Positions 29,347-41,158 of a DNA stretch of 64,000 bases are shown piece after piece. The notes below the pieces were generated by a model. It was not told the DNA's origin. It was given only the letters and a program-made list of their open reading frames with translations, and made no database searches. Position 1 is the first letter of the stretch. The number at the start of each line of letters is the position of its first letter. This DNA is from an uncultured Actinomycetes bacterium (GTDB lineage: Bacteria > Actinomycetota > UBA4738 > HRBIN12), in NCBI GenBank assembly GCA_963704725.1, contig OY969934.1, forward strand, positions 2,368,001 through 2,432,000, written 5' to 3'. A program made the translations under genes and the position numbers.

Positions 29347-30021
29347 GTGGTCGACGTGATCGAGTCATCCCACCTCCAGGTCGATCCCGAGGACGACGTC
29401 GGCTGGGAGCTGGTCCGTCCTCGGCGTGTCACGCTCGAGCAATGGGATCGATACCAGGGATACGTGGGCGAGATCCTGGAGGCGTTCGGGATGGACCCGG
29501 AGACGCCGGGCACGAGGCGTACGCCGGAGCGCTTCCTGAAGGCCCTGCTCGATTCGACGGACGGCTACGAGGGCGACCCGAAGCTGCTCACCGCGTTCCC
29601 CACCGAATGCCGGGGCGGCCCCGATTGCCGGATCAGCCAGATCATCGAGGGGCCGATCTCGTTCTTCGCCCTGTGCGAACACCACGCACTCCCGTTCCAC
29701 GGCGTGGCGCACGTGGGCTACGTGGCTCACGAGAACATCATCGGCATCTCGAAGCTGACGAGGCTGGTTCGGGTGTTCGCCCGGCGCTTCACCGTGCAGG
29801 AGCGCATCGGCCGGCAGGTCGCCGACACGCTCGTCGAGCTCATGCAACCCCACGGCGTGGCGGTCCACCTCGAGGCCGTCCACCTGTGCACACAGATGCG
29901 GGGCGTCCGCGAAGAGGGATCGAGCACGCTGACGTCGTTCTGGCGCGGCACCTACGAGCAGGACGCCGAGCTCCGTCGGTCGTTCATGCAGGCCGTGACC
30001 CGGTCCAGGGCGAACCCGTGA
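29347..30021 (+). CDS. folE: GTP cyclohydrolase I (type IA)
   Basis: TPER, LCEHHALPF.G.AHVGY, GISKLTRLV, VQER, HLCTQMRGV. Confidence 0.9.
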   Translation: MVDVIESSHLQVDPEDDVGWELVRPRRVTLEQWDRYQGYVGEILEAFGMDPETPGTRRTPERFLKALLDSTDGYEGDPKLLTAFPTECRGGPDCRISQIIEGPISFFALCEHHALPFHGVAHVGYVAHENIIGISKLTRLVRVFARRFTVQERIGRQVADTLVELMQPHGVAVHLEAVHLCTQMRGVREEGSSTLTSFWRGTYEQDAELRRSFMQAVTRSRANP

Positions 30022-30824
30022 CCCCGCTGGAGCTGCTCTTCGAGCGCGACCGCCTGCCGTCGTTCGACGTGCCGGAGGGTCTGGCGCGGCGGTACGGAGG
30101 AGGCCTCGGGTTCCCGTCGCCGCACCTGTACGCCAACTTCGTCTCGTCGCTCGACGGGGTCGTCGCCCTGGGTGGCGAGCCCCACTCAGGCCGCACGATC
30201 GCGAGGAACAGCGACGCCGATCGATTCGTCATGGGCCTGCTCCGCGCCTGCGCTGACGCCGTCCTGATCGGGGCCGGCACGTTGCGGGCCGCTCCCGGCT
30301 CCCGGTGGACGCCCGGCTACGCGGACGCGGAGGCGGCGACGGAGTTCGCCGAGCTCCGGAGACGTCTCGGTCGCGAGGCCGAACCACGTCTGATCGTGCT
30401 CACCGGACGCGGCGAGATCGACCCGCGGCACCCGGCGCTCGAGTCCGGAGCCCTGGTGATCACGACGAGCCGTGGAGCGGCGGCCCTCGGCCGCCGGCTC
30501 CCCGCGTCCTCGAACATCGTCGCGCTCGGAGACGGTTCGGCGATCGATCCGGCCGACGCGATCGCCGCCGTTCGGCGCGAGGGACACGACGTCGTCCTGT
30601 CAGAGGGAGGCCCGGTGGTCATCGGCGGCCTGCTCCGGGCGGGCCTCCTCGACGAGCTCTTCCTCACACTCTCCCCCACCCTGGCCGGTCGGTCGGAGCG
30701 AGGGGACCGGCCGGGCCTCGTGGAGGGGATCGAGCTGCTGCCGTCGCGGTCGGTCCGGGGCGAGCTGCTGAGCGCGCGACGGAACGGATCCCATCTCTTC
30801 CTGCGGTACGCGATCTCGAGCTGA
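30018..30824 (+). CDS. RibD C-terminal / dihydrofolate reductase-like protein
   Basis: ANFVSSLDG, LRACADAVLIGAGTLR, SEGGP, LDELFLTLSP; GTGA overlap with folE. Confidence 0.85.
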   Translation: MTPLELLFERDRLPSFDVPEGLARRYGGGLGFPSPHLYANFVSSLDGVVALGGEPHSGRTIARNSDADRFVMGLLRACADAVLIGAGTLRAAPGSRWTPGYADAEAATEFAELRRRLGREAEPRLIVLTGRGEIDPRHPALESGALVITTSRGAAALGRRLPASSNIVALGDGSAIDPADAIAAVRREGHDVVLSEGGPVVIGGLLRAGLLDELFLTLSPTLAGRSERGDRPGLVEGIELLPSRSVRGELLSARRNGSHLFLRYAISS

Positions 30825-31535
30825 GTGCGGCGAACGGGGCGGTCCCCAACGTCCCCCGGCACCCCGGCCGCCGGTCGTGACCGTGACGACTTCTCCATCG
30901 CAGGAGCCTTGCCGTCGCTCGCCCCGGGCCGCAGCATCGGGTTCGTGCATCATGCTCCTCAGCCCGCGGCCGTCCTCGGTCCGTCGCGCCGTGACACCGT
31001 CATCAGGCTGTGGCCCGCGGTGCACCGGCTCGTCGTGGTCGGACTGTCCGCCATAGGGCTGAGCGGCCTGATCGCCTGGGGGCTCGGATCGCTGCTGGAT
31101 CCGGCGTTCGTCGCCGGCGACCCGCCCGGTGTGACGTATACGGCGGCCCGGTGCGTCGAGCTGGCCGAGTACGCGCCCGGCGCCGGCACGTGCCGGGAGG
31201 CAGCCGCCGACCACCACTTCGGCGAGGTCGTGGAGGGCAGGCTCGCGGCCGGGGTTCTGGGGGTGGTGGCGGCCGGCGCCTACCTGTGGCTCCGACGGCG
31301 GATGCCCGGCCGACCCGACCCCCTCGTCGACCTGCTCGAGCATGGCGTGGGAGCCGCCTTGTTCGGCACGGCCACGCTGGGGTTGCTCACGCTCGGCCTT
31401 GGCCAGCTTGCGCAGGGTGTCGATGCGGGCGCGGGGATGTACCTCAGTGCCGGTGCCGTCGCCCTGCCGATCGCGATCGTCTACACGGCTCGTCTGCTCG
31501 GGACCCGCGCGTCGGGCGGGGCCGCGGTCGGCTGA
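30825..31535 (+). CDS. Hypothetical membrane protein (start uncertain)
   Basis: About four TM segments; loop with two Cys and HH (YTAARC..TCREAAADHH). Confidence 0.55.
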   Translation: MRRTGRSPTSPGTPAAGRDRDDFSIAGALPSLAPGRSIGFVHHAPQPAAVLGPSRRDTVIRLWPAVHRLVVVGLSAIGLSGLIAWGLGSLLDPAFVAGDPPGVTYTAARCVELAEYAPGAGTCREAAADHHFGEVVEGRLAAGVLGVVAAGAYLWLRRRMPGRPDPLVDLLEHGVGAALFGTATLGLLTLGLGQLAQGVDAGAGMYLSAGAVALPIAIVYTARLLGTRASGGAAVG

Positions 31536-31636
31536 CGAGCGCCGCAGACCCGACGTCCCCCGCAGAGGCGGGGCGTTCGGCCCGCGCGACGGGCGGGTCT
31601 CGGGCGCAGCATGGAGCCATCGATCGGAGGTGCGAC

Positions 31637-32068
31637 ATGGCGGTCATCAGCACGATCTACCGTGGCGACATGAGCTTCGAGGCGACGATGGGAGAGCATC
31701 GCCTGGTCATCGATGTGCCGGCGAGCATCGGGGGGAGAGAGCGGGGTCCGACGCCGCTGGACCTGTTCGTCGCGTCCCTCGGCTCCTGCGTGGCGGCCTT
31801 CGTCGCCAACTACTGCGAGCGAACGGGGCTCGACCCCACGGACCTGAGCGTGGACGTGAGCTTCCAGCAGTCCGATGTCGAGCCCACCTGCCTGGAGGAC
31901 CTGGAGGTGGTCATCAACCTCCCGAACGCCGACTGCGGTGAGCGGGAACGGGCGATCAAGCGGATCGCCGAGCACTGCCCCGTGCACGAGACGATGGAGT
32001 ACACGCTCACGCCGATCGACTTCGAGATCCGCGACCGTTCCCGGCTGGCGAGGGCGTCGACCGCGTAA
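31637..32068 (+). CDS. OsmC family protein
   Basis: GPTPLDLFVASLGSC, HCPVHET. Confidence 0.88.
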   Translation: MAVISTIYRGDMSFEATMGEHRLVIDVPASIGGRERGPTPLDLFVASLGSCVAAFVANYCERTGLDPTDLSVDVSFQQSDVEPTCLEDLEVVINLPNADCGERERAIKRIAEHCPVHETMEYTLTPIDFEIRDRSRLARASTA

Positions 32069-32139
32069 GAACCCGCCCCTGGTGGCATCCCGGGCCGAGG
32101 AGGTTCACACTTCTGCGCCTCGGACCGAAGGAGCCACGG

Positions 32140-33132
32140 ATGCTGTCGTTCGGCGTCACGTTCATGCTCGATCCGCCGGTGTCCCGCGTCGTCGAGTGGT
32201 CCAAGCTCGCCGAGGCCAACGGGTTCGACTACGTATGGGCGTGGGACTCCCACGTCCTGTGGCAGGAGGTCTACCCGGTCTTCACGCTCATCGCGACGAA
32301 CACCGAGCGCGTGCGGATCGGGCCCTGCGTGACCAACCCGGCCACCCGCGACATCACCGTCACCGCCAGCGCGATGGCCACCCTGAACGAGATCTCCGGG
32401 GGGCGGATGGTGCTCGGGATCGGCCGCGGGGACAGCGCCCGCCGCGTGATCGGCAAGCCGCCGGTCACCGTCGAGCGTCTCGAGCAGGCCTGCCGCGAGA
32501 TCAGGGATCTCGCCGAGGGCCGGGAGATCGAGTACGACGGCACGCCCACCCGCCTGAAGTGGGCGAGTGGGTCCCTCCCGATCTGGGTCGCCGCCTACGG
32601 CCCGAAGGCGCTCCGGTGCGCCGGCCGCGTCGCCGACGGCCTCATCATGCAGCTCGCCGACCCGTACATCATCGAGTGGTCGCTGCAGTACGTCCGCGAG
32701 GGTGCCGAGGAGGCCGGGCGGCGCTTCGAGGACATCCAGATCATGAGCGCGGCGCCGGCCTACATCACCGACGACCTCGCGCGCGCGCGCGAACAGGTCC
32801 GGTGGTTCCCGGCGCTGGTGTCGAACCACGTCGTGGACCTGGTGAAGCGGTACGCCTCGACCGATCTCCCCCAGGAGCTCACCGACTTCATCGCGGCCCG
32901 CGACCACTACGACTACGCGGATCACGGCCGGACCGGGGCCGAGCACGCGGACTTCGTCACCGACGAGGTCGTGGACCGCTTCTGCGTGATCGGCACCGTC
33001 GAGCAGTGCCTGGCCAAGCTGAAGCAGCTCGAGGCGCTGGGCGTGCACCAGTTCAACATCTACTCGATGGTCGACGACCCACCGGCCGTGATCCGGGGCT
33101 TCGGCGAGCACCTCATCCCGGCGTTCGCCTGA
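32140..33132 (+). CDS. LLM-class F420-dependent oxidoreductase (TIGR03842-like)
   Basis: WDSHVLWQE, GPCVTNPATRD, GIGRGDSA, AAYGPKAL; next to dihydropyrimidinase. Confidence 0.85.
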   Translation: MLSFGVTFMLDPPVSRVVEWSKLAEANGFDYVWAWDSHVLWQEVYPVFTLIATNTERVRIGPCVTNPATRDITVTASAMATLNEISGGRMVLGIGRGDSARRVIGKPPVTVERLEQACREIRDLAEGREIEYDGTPTRLKWASGSLPIWVAAYGPKALRCAGRVADGLIMQLADPYIIEWSLQYVREGAEEAGRRFEDIQIMSAAPAYITDDLARAREQVRWFPALVSNHVVDLVKRYASTDLPQELTDFIAARDHYDYADHGRTGAEHADFVTDEVVDRFCVIGTVEQCLAKLKQLEALGVHQFNIYSMVDDPPAVIRGFGEHLIPAFA

Positions 33133-33135
33133 GGG

Positions 33136-33639
33136 CTACCCGGTCGGGCAGGCCCAGCGTTCGTCGACCTCGACCGGGTCGCTCGAGTCCGGCGGGGGGA
33201 ACGGCTCGCGGAACGTGAACGCCTCGGGCGAGGGACCCCGGGATCGCAGGATCTCGAGCCGGAGCTCCGCGTCCCGTGTCGACGGGATCGTGCCGGCCGG
33301 CACCCACCACAGCGCCATGTGCGCCGCGACGTGCCGCTCGAACCACTCGCGCCGTCGCCGGAGGACGTCGAGGTGCCGGGTGGCGTAGACGAAGTCGCCG
33401 AGCGCCTCGAGCGACTCCCAGACCGACATGTTGACGAGGATGCGGTCGTCGTCGAACGGCCGGATGGCCGTGGCGTTGCCGTCCTCCGTCTGCAGGCGCC
33501 ACACGAAGCCGGGGCTCGCGTCGGCCAGGGCGTTGATCGGGTCCAGCAAGTCGACGAACCCGGCGATCTGCGGCGAGTCGATCGGCCCGAGCAGGACCCC
33601 CACGTTGACCTGGGCCAGGTGCCACTCGCCGCGCGCCAT
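33136..33639 (-). CDS. DUF3291 domain protein
   Basis: HLAQVNV, INALADASPGFVWRL, VNMSVWES, RRREWF, LWWVPAG, GPSPEAFTF. Confidence 0.88.
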   Translation of the reverse strand: MARGEWHLAQVNVGVLLGPIDSPQIAGFVDLLDPINALADASPGFVWRLQTEDGNATAIRPFDDDRILVNMSVWESLEALGDFVYATRHLDVLRRRREWFERHVAAHMALWWVPAGTIPSTRDAELRLEILRSRGPSPEAFTFREPFPPPDSSDPVEVDERWACPTG

Positions 33640-33724
33640 CGGCGGAGCATAGCGAAGGGTTCGGCTTGCCGCCGCGCCGATCTCCGTCGGATGATGCCCG
33701 CCTGACGTTCCGAGGGAGGCACCC

Positions 33725-35098
33725 GTGAGGACGCTCATCCAGGGCGGCACGGTCGTCACGGCCACCGAGACGACGGTGGCGGACGTGGTGATCGAGGACG
33801 AGAAGGTGGCGGCCATCGGCCGCGACATGTCGGTACAGGCCGACAAGGTGATCGATGCCACCGACCGCTACGTGATGCCCGGCGGCGTCGACACGCACAC
33901 GCACTTCGATCTCCCGTTCGGCGGCTCGTTCTGCTCCGACGACTTCGGCACCGGGACTCGGGCGGCAGCGTTCGGCGGGACGACGACGGTGGTCGACTTC
34001 GCGGTCCAGGGAACCGGCGAGGGCCTGCGCAAGGGCCTCGATCTCTGGCACGAGAAGGCGCAGAAGACCTGTCTCGACTACGGCCTCCACATGATCGTCA
34101 AGGAGGTGAACGAGCAGGTCCTGCGGGAGATGGACGAGCTCGTGGGCGAGGGGGTCACCTCCTTCAAGCTGTTCATGGCCTACCCCGGTGTGTTCATGCT
34201 CGACGACGCGTCGATCTTCACGGCGATGCAGCGGGCGGCGGACAGCGGCGCGCTGATCATGATGCACGCCGAGAACGGCGGGCCGATCGACGTGCTCGTG
34301 AAGCAGTACGTCGCCGGCGGGAAGACGGACCCCGTGAACCACGGGCTGACCCGACCGGCGGTGATGGAGGGCGAGGCCGTCCACCGCGTCTTCAAGCTCG
34401 CCGAGCTGGCCGGCACACCCGCCTACATCGTCCACCTCTCCTCCCGTGAAGCCCTGAACGCCGTGCGCGAGGCTCGGGACAAGGGCCTGCCCGCCTACGC
34501 CGAGACCTGCCCCCAGTACCTGTACCTCTCGCAGGACGACATGGCGCGGCCGGGGTTCGAGGGGGCGAAGTTCGTCTGCTCGCCGCCGCTGCGGACGAAG
34601 GACGACCAGGAAGAGCTGTGGTCGGGCCTGAAGCAGGGAGACCTGCAGATCGTCGCGACCGATCACGCGCCGTTCAACTACGTCGGGCAGAAGGATCTCG
34701 GCAAGGGCGACTTCTCGAAGATCCCGAACGGCCTGCCGAGCGTGGAGGACCGGTACACGCTGATCTTCCAGGGCGTGCACGCCGGGCGGATCGGGCTGAA
34801 CCGATTCGTCGAGCTGGTGGCCACGGCGCCGGCGAAGATGTTCGGCCTGTTCCCGCGCAAGGGGACGATCGCGCCGGGCTCGGACGGAGACATCGTGGTG
34901 TTCGACCCCAACCACGAGCGGACGATCTCGGCCAAGACGCATCACATGAACGTGGACTACTCGTGCTTCGAGGGGATGACCGTGCGGGGGCTTCCCGAGG
35001 TGGTGCTGCAGCGCGGCGCCGTGCTCGTCGAGGGTGGCGAGTTCCTCGGGAAGGAGGGACAGGGGACGTTCCTGCCCCGCAGTCGGATGGCACCGTGA
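33725..35098 (+). CDS. hydA: Dihydropyrimidinase (D-hydantoinase)
   Basis: PGGVDTHTH, SFKLFMAY, MHAENG, YIVHLS, CSPPLR, TDHAPF, IPNG. Confidence 0.93.
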   Translation: MRTLIQGGTVVTATETTVADVVIEDEKVAAIGRDMSVQADKVIDATDRYVMPGGVDTHTHFDLPFGGSFCSDDFGTGTRAAAFGGTTTVVDFAVQGTGEGLRKGLDLWHEKAQKTCLDYGLHMIVKEVNEQVLREMDELVGEGVTSFKLFMAYPGVFMLDDASIFTAMQRAADSGALIMMHAENGGPIDVLVKQYVAGGKTDPVNHGLTRPAVMEGEAVHRVFKLAELAGTPAYIVHLSSREALNAVREARDKGLPAYAETCPQYLYLSQDDMARPGFEGAKFVCSPPLRTKDDQEELWSGLKQGDLQIVATDHAPFNYVGQKDLGKGDFSKIPNGLPSVEDRYTLIFQGVHAGRIGLNRFVELVATAPAKMFGLFPRKGTIAPGSDGDIVVFDPNHERTISAKTHHMNVDYSCFEGMTVRGLPEVVLQRGAVLVEGGEFLGKEGQGTFLPRSRMAP

Positions 35099-35114
35099 AC
35101 CGGAGGTGACGGCG

Positions 35115-36605
<1,491 letters not shown>

Positions 36606-36606
36606 C

Positions 36607-36873
36607 GTGGGCGGCGACAAGCCGATCGGACTCGCCATCGGGGTGATCGCCCTGGCCGTTCTCGTGTTGCTCCCGGCGCTCGTCGTGCCGACCTTCTACG
36701 TCTTCGCGAACGTCTACGCGATTATCACGGGGAGCGACTTCGCCTCGGGCACGACGAACGTCGCGGTGCTCATGACGGGCCTCGTGGTCACGGTTGCGTT
36801 GTTCCTGCTGCTCATGGCCGGGGCCGTGAGCCTGGTGGGCCGGGCTCTCTCCCCGAAGAACCCAAAGGACTGA
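36607..36873 (+). CDS. Small membrane protein
   Basis: Two long hydrophobic segments; starts 1 bp after the mmsA stop. Confidence 0.6.
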   Translation: MGGDKPIGLAIGVIALAVLVLLPALVVPTFYVFANVYAIITGSDFASGTTNVAVLMTGLVVTVALFLLLMAGAVSLVGRALSPKNPKD

Positions 36874-36945
36874 ATCCCCCACCGACCCGCGTCCGTCCAC
36901 CGGCCTCGCGTGCGTGCCGACGCTCGTGAAGTCGACTCCGTCACG

Positions 36946-37653
36946 TCAGCAATCCGAGTCGACCCAGCGCGGGCCCGAGCCGAGCGGGACGTCCAGCCGC
37001 TTCGCCGTCCGTCGCAGGCGCCGGCGGAAGACGCGCATCTCGGCGTGGTTCCAGTCGGCGTGGGTCGAGCACCGCCAAGACGGATACAGCTCGTGGTGGA
37101 ACGGGCTCTGCAGGATCTCGGCGTGGCCGATCACGTTCCCGACGTCGATCCCGTACTTCAGCATGAGCCAGGCGGTGAGGCGGAGCGAGGCGCGCATCAT
37201 GGCCGTGTTCCGCAGGATGCCGCCGGCGCTCGTCCCCACGTGCTCGATGCCGATCGCGGTCCAGTTCATCCCGATCGCGTGGCGACACCGGATCCGCAGG
37301 TTCACGAGCTGGTAGATCGTGCCGTCGGTGTCGATCAGGAAGTGCGCGCACACGCCCGGTCGCTCACCGAGGTGCGGAGCGTTCGACGCGAAGTGGTTCC
37401 ATGCCGGGTCGAACGTCGCGCCGCTCGTGTAGTGCTCGACGATCACGCGCGGATCGGTCAGCTCCCAGGTGCGCTCGCCGTAGTGCCGCTTCGAGTACGC
37501 GGCCATCTGGCGCTTCCGCGCGGCGCCGAAGGGGATCTTCTTCCAGACCACGTGGGGCCGGACGTCGGCCGGGTCGGGCGGCGTGGCGGCGGAGGCCGGG
37601 ACGGCGGGGACCACGAGCGCGAGCCCGATGAGAAGGACGACGAGGCGCTTCAC
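36946..37653 (-). CDS. Secreted N-acetylmuramoyl-L-alanine amidase (Amidase_2 / PGRP-like)
   Basis: Signal peptide; IVEHYT, AHFLIDTDGTIYQLV, HA..N..IGIEH, VIGHAE. Confidence 0.85.
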   Translation of the reverse strand: MKRLVVLLIGLALVVPAVPASAATPPDPADVRPHVVWKKIPFGAARKRQMAAYSKRHYGERTWELTDPRVIVEHYTSGATFDPAWNHFASNAPHLGERPGVCAHFLIDTDGTIYQLVNLRIRCRHAIGMNWTAIGIEHVGTSAGGILRNTAMMRASLRLTAWLMLKYGIDVGNVIGHAEILQSPFHHELYPSWRCSTHADWNHAEMRVFRRRLRRTAKRLDVPLGSGPRWVDSDC

Positions 37654-39071
37654 GCGACCCGGCGAAGCCGCTGGAGCGTGCGCTCCCGACCGAGCAGCTC
37701 CATCGACTCGGGCAGCGGCGGCGAGACCGTCGAGCCGGTCACGGCGGCCCGGACCGGCGCGAACCCCTTCCGCTTGTTGAGCTCGGCCGCCGCGGCCACC
37801 TCCTCCAGCCGTGCCGAGATCGCCTCCGCCGTCCACGTCTCCACGGTCTCGAGCCCGGACGCGACCGTCGCGAGATAGCCCGCCGGGGCCTTCGCGATGT
37901 CCGCATCGGCCTTCGCGTCGGGGACGACGTCGTCGGTGAACAGGAACCGGAGCAGCTCGACGGACTGCGTGAGGCGCTTCATCCGCTCCCGGACGAGCGG
38001 CATCGCGCGACGCAGGAGCTGCGGCTCGGGCGAGAGGCCGGCGGCGGACAGGAAGTGCAGGCACCGGGCGGCGAGCTCGTCGTCGTCGAGCTGCTGGATG
38101 TAGTGGTTGTCCATCCACTCGAGCTTGTCGGTGTCGAAGCGCGCGGGGTTCCTCGAGACGCGCTCGATCTCGAACGCCTCGATCAGCTCCTGCCTGGACA
38201 GCAGCGTGGTCTCGGCGTCCTTGGCCCACCCCAGCAGCGCCAGGTAGTTCATGAGCGCCTCGGGGAGGAACCCCTGCTCGCGGAAGGCCTCGATGCTCGT
38301 CGACCCGTGGCGCTTCGACAGGGGCTTGCCGTCGGGGCCGTTGACCTGGGGGACGTGGGCGTACGCGGGCGGCGTGCCGCCGAGCGCCTCGATCACCGCA
38401 GCGTTGCGCGGGGCGCTGTCGAGCAGGTCGTCGCCCCGGATCACGTGGGTTACGCCCATGCGCAGGTCGTCGACGGCGACGGCGAGCAGGAACACCGGCG
38501 ATCCGTCGGACCGCATGAGCACGAAGTCCTTGAGGTGGCCGGCGGCCCATCGGACCTCGCCCTTGACGAGATCGTGCGTCACCCACTCCCGTTCGGGCAT
38601 CCGGAACCGGACGGCGTGGGGCCGGCCCTCCGCCTCGAACGCCTCTCGCTCCCGCGGCGTGAGGTCGCGACAGCGGTCGTTGGGCGGCGGCTCCTTCCGC
38701 GCCATCGCCGCCTGCCGTCGCTCCGCGAGCTCGGCCTCGGTGCAGTAGCAGGGGTACGCGTCGCCCTGAGCGAGGAGCCTGTCCGCCGTCTCGCGGTAGA
38801 CGTCCAGTCGCTCGGACTGCCGGTAGGGCCCGTACGGGCCGCCGACGTCCGGGCCCTCGTCCCAGTCGATGCCGAGCCACCGGAGCGACTCCATGACGCC
38901 CTGGAACGCCTCCTCGGTGACCCGGCTGGCGTCGGTATCCTCGATCCGCAGGATGAACGCGCCCCCGTGATGGCGGGCGAACGCCCACGAGAAGAGCCCC
39001 GTCCGGACGTTCCCGACGTGCAGGGAGCCCGACGGCGCCGGCGCGAACCGGCACCGGACGGCCGACGTCAC
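37650..39071 (-). CDS. gltX: Glutamate--tRNA ligase
   Basis: RFAPAPSGSLHVGN, LRIEDTD, CYC, HVIRG, LSKRHG. Confidence 0.95.
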   Translation of the reverse strand: MTSAVRCRFAPAPSGSLHVGNVRTGLFSWAFARHHGGAFILRIEDTDASRVTEEAFQGVMESLRWLGIDWDEGPDVGGPYGPYRQSERLDVYRETADRLLAQGDAYPCYCTEAELAERRQAAMARKEPPPNDRCRDLTPREREAFEAEGRPHAVRFRMPEREWVTHDLVKGEVRWAAGHLKDFVLMRSDGSPVFLLAVAVDDLRMGVTHVIRGDDLLDSAPRNAAVIEALGGTPPAYAHVPQVNGPDGKPLSKRHGSTSIEAFREQGFLPEALMNYLALLGWAKDAETTLLSRQELIEAFEIERVSRNPARFDTDKLEWMDNHYIQQLDDDELAARCLHFLSAAGLSPEPQLLRRAMPLVRERMKRLTQSVELLRFLFTDDVVPDAKADADIAKAPAGYLATVASGLETVETWTAEAISARLEEVAAAAELNKRKGFAPVRAAVTGSTVSPPLPESMELLGRERTLQRLRRVA

Positions 39072-39835
39072 GAGCCGCCCCCCACCGGGTTGGCGAGCGT
39101 CCCCACCCCGTCGACCTCGACCTCGACGAGATCGCCGGCCTCGAGCTTGCCGACACCCTCCGGCGTTCCCGTGAGGATGACGTCGCCCGGGAGCAGCGTC
39201 ATGAACGTCGTCACGTACTCGATCAGCGTCGCCACGCCGAACACCATGTCCGTGGTCTGCCCGGCCTGCCGGACCTCGCCGTTCACCCGCGTTTCGACCC
39301 GGACGTCCGTCGGGTCAAGGTCGGTCTCGATCCACGGGCCGAGGGGGCACGAGCCGTCGAACCCCTTGGCCCGGGTCCACTGGTCGTTCGTGTGCTGCAG
39401 GTCTCGGAGCGTCACGTCGTTGGCGCACGTGTAGCCGAGGATGACCCGGAAGGCCTCCTCGGAGCGGACGTGCCGGGCGAGCCTGCCGATCACGACCGCG
39501 AGCTCGCCCTCGTAGTCCACCCGCTTGCTGATCGGCAGGAGCGGGATCGGGTCGTGGGGCCCGATCACCGACGTCGACGGCTTGAGGAACAGCAGCGGCT
39601 CCTCGGGGACCTCCTGGTCGAACTCGGCGGCGTGCGCCGCGTAGTTCTTCCCGACGCACACGACCTTGGACGGCAACACGGGCGCGAGGAGCCGGACGTC
39701 GTCGAACGGAACCTCCTCCCCCGTCGGGACGGGGTCCTCGAAGAACGTGCCCCGCAACACCCGGATCGAGTCCGAGTCGAAGTCGGCCGCGCCGGTGGCG
39801 ATGCGGTCCCCGAAGCGGAAGCGGACGAGTCGCAT
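39068..39835 (-). CDS. Fumarylacetoacetate hydrolase family protein
   Basis: KVVCVGKNY, FLKP, DYEGEL, NDVT.RD, KGFD, GDVILTGTP; same FAH-gltX order as in many actinobacteria. Confidence 0.92.
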   Translation of the reverse strand: MRLVRFRFGDRIATGAADFDSDSIRVLRGTFFEDPVPTGEEVPFDDVRLLAPVLPSKVVCVGKNYAAHAAEFDQEVPEEPLLFLKPSTSVIGPHDPIPLLPISKRVDYEGELAVVIGRLARHVRSEEAFRVILGYTCANDVTLRDLQHTNDQWTRAKGFDGSCPLGPWIETDLDPTDVRVETRVNGEVRQAGQTTDMVFGVATLIEYVTTFMTLLPGDVILTGTPEGVGKLEAGDLVEVEVDGVGTLANPVGGGS

Positions 39836-39925
39836 GGACCGGCAGGCTACCGCGCCGCGAGCTCAGGCAGCGAAGCGGTAGCGCGCTCGCGAGGTCGCCC
39901 GCGATCTCGCGACCGGCCCATGAAC

Positions 39926-41158
39926 TCAGGCGAGCCCGCGGCGCCAGGCCTCGGGCGCGGGGCCCTCGAGGTCGACCCGGGTTGCGCCGCCCCAGGCCGC
40001 GAGCTCCTTGACGGCGTCGGCGACCACCGGGGCGAGATCCCGGGTCGCTCGGACGCCGTCCTCGGCATGGACCGCCTTGAGCACGAGCCGGCCGCCCTGG
40101 CGGTCGAAGGAGGGATCCACCCGCGCCACGAAGCGGTCGCCGTGCAGGAGCGGCATCGCGTAGTAGCCGTACCGGCGTTTGGCCGGCGGGACGTAGATCT
40201 CCATCCGGTAGTCCAGTCCGAACATCGCGAGCGCGCGAGCTCGGTCGCGGATCAGGTTGTCGAACGGCGAGAGCAGCGTCGACCGGGGCCGCCAGGAGCC
40301 GCGCTCGATCCGTTCCAGCAGTGGGAGGTCGTCGCGGTGCACGAACCACTGGCCCTTGAGCCCGTCGACGTGGACGCGCTCGACGACCCGGTCGCGCTCC
40401 AGGCGTTCGAGGACGCGGGGCAGGTCCGGGTATCGACGGACGGTGAAGTGCGAACGGATCTGCTGAGCCGTCGCCACGCCGAGCCCTCGGAGCGACAGGA
40501 CCGCCGCCCGGCGCGTCACCTCGACGTCGCGGATGCGCTCCCGCCTGGCCTCGGCCGGCAGGACCCGCTCGGTGAGGTCCCACCACTTCTCGAGCCCGCG
40601 CCGCCGGGCGACCATCACGACACCGCGCATCCACAGGAACCCCAGCATCTGGTCGACGTTGCGGTCGCGCGTCCATCCGGTCGAGACCCAGCTCTCCGAG
40701 ACCGCGTTGTCGGCGAAGTCGCCGACGCGCATGGAGCCGTTCCGGTGGAGCTCGCGCAGGATCGAGCGGCGGAGCGCGCCGTTGCGTTCGGCCCACGCGT
40801 TGAACCGCGCTCCCCAGGTGTCGTCCCGGGACGGGAAGTTGCGCATCCGATAGTGGTGGATCGCGTGATCCTCGGTGAGCACGATCGAGGCGGCGTGAGC
40901 CCAGTACTCGAACAGCGACCGGTCCCGCCACAGCAGCCGGTCGAGATGCTTAGGGTCGAACCCGGTCAGACGCGAGCGCAGCACCAGCAGCGGGCTCCGC
41001 GCCACGACCGAGATCGGGTCGAGCTGCACATAGCGGACCGCCCGGACGGTCTCGAGGACGCGGGCAGGCGACGAGGTTGGGGCCGCGCCCGAGAGCCGCT
41101 GCTTGGCGATGGCCAACCGGCGGGCGGCGGTGCGGTCGATCGAGCGGATCCCGCTCAT
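39926..41158 (-). CDS. AlkZ/YcaQ family winged-helix crosslink-repair DNA glycosylase
   Basis: VQLDPISVVARS, LFEYWAH, LLSPFDNLI.DR, EIYVP..KR.YGYY. Confidence 0.88.
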   Translation of the reverse strand: MSGIRSIDRTAARRLAIAKQRLSGAAPTSSPARVLETVRAVRYVQLDPISVVARSPLLVLRSRLTGFDPKHLDRLLWRDRSLFEYWAHAASIVLTEDHAIHHYRMRNFPSRDDTWGARFNAWAERNGALRRSILRELHRNGSMRVGDFADNAVSESWVSTGWTRDRNVDQMLGFLWMRGVVMVARRRGLEKWWDLTERVLPAEARRERIRDVEVTRRAAVLSLRGLGVATAQQIRSHFTVRRYPDLPRVLERLERDRVVERVHVDGLKGQWFVHRDDLPLLERIERGSWRPRSTLLSPFDNLIRDRARALAMFGLDYRMEIYVPPAKRRYGYYAMPLLHGDRFVARVDPSFDRQGGRLVLKAVHAEDGVRATRDLAPVVADAVKELAAWGGATRVDLEGPAPEAWRRGLA

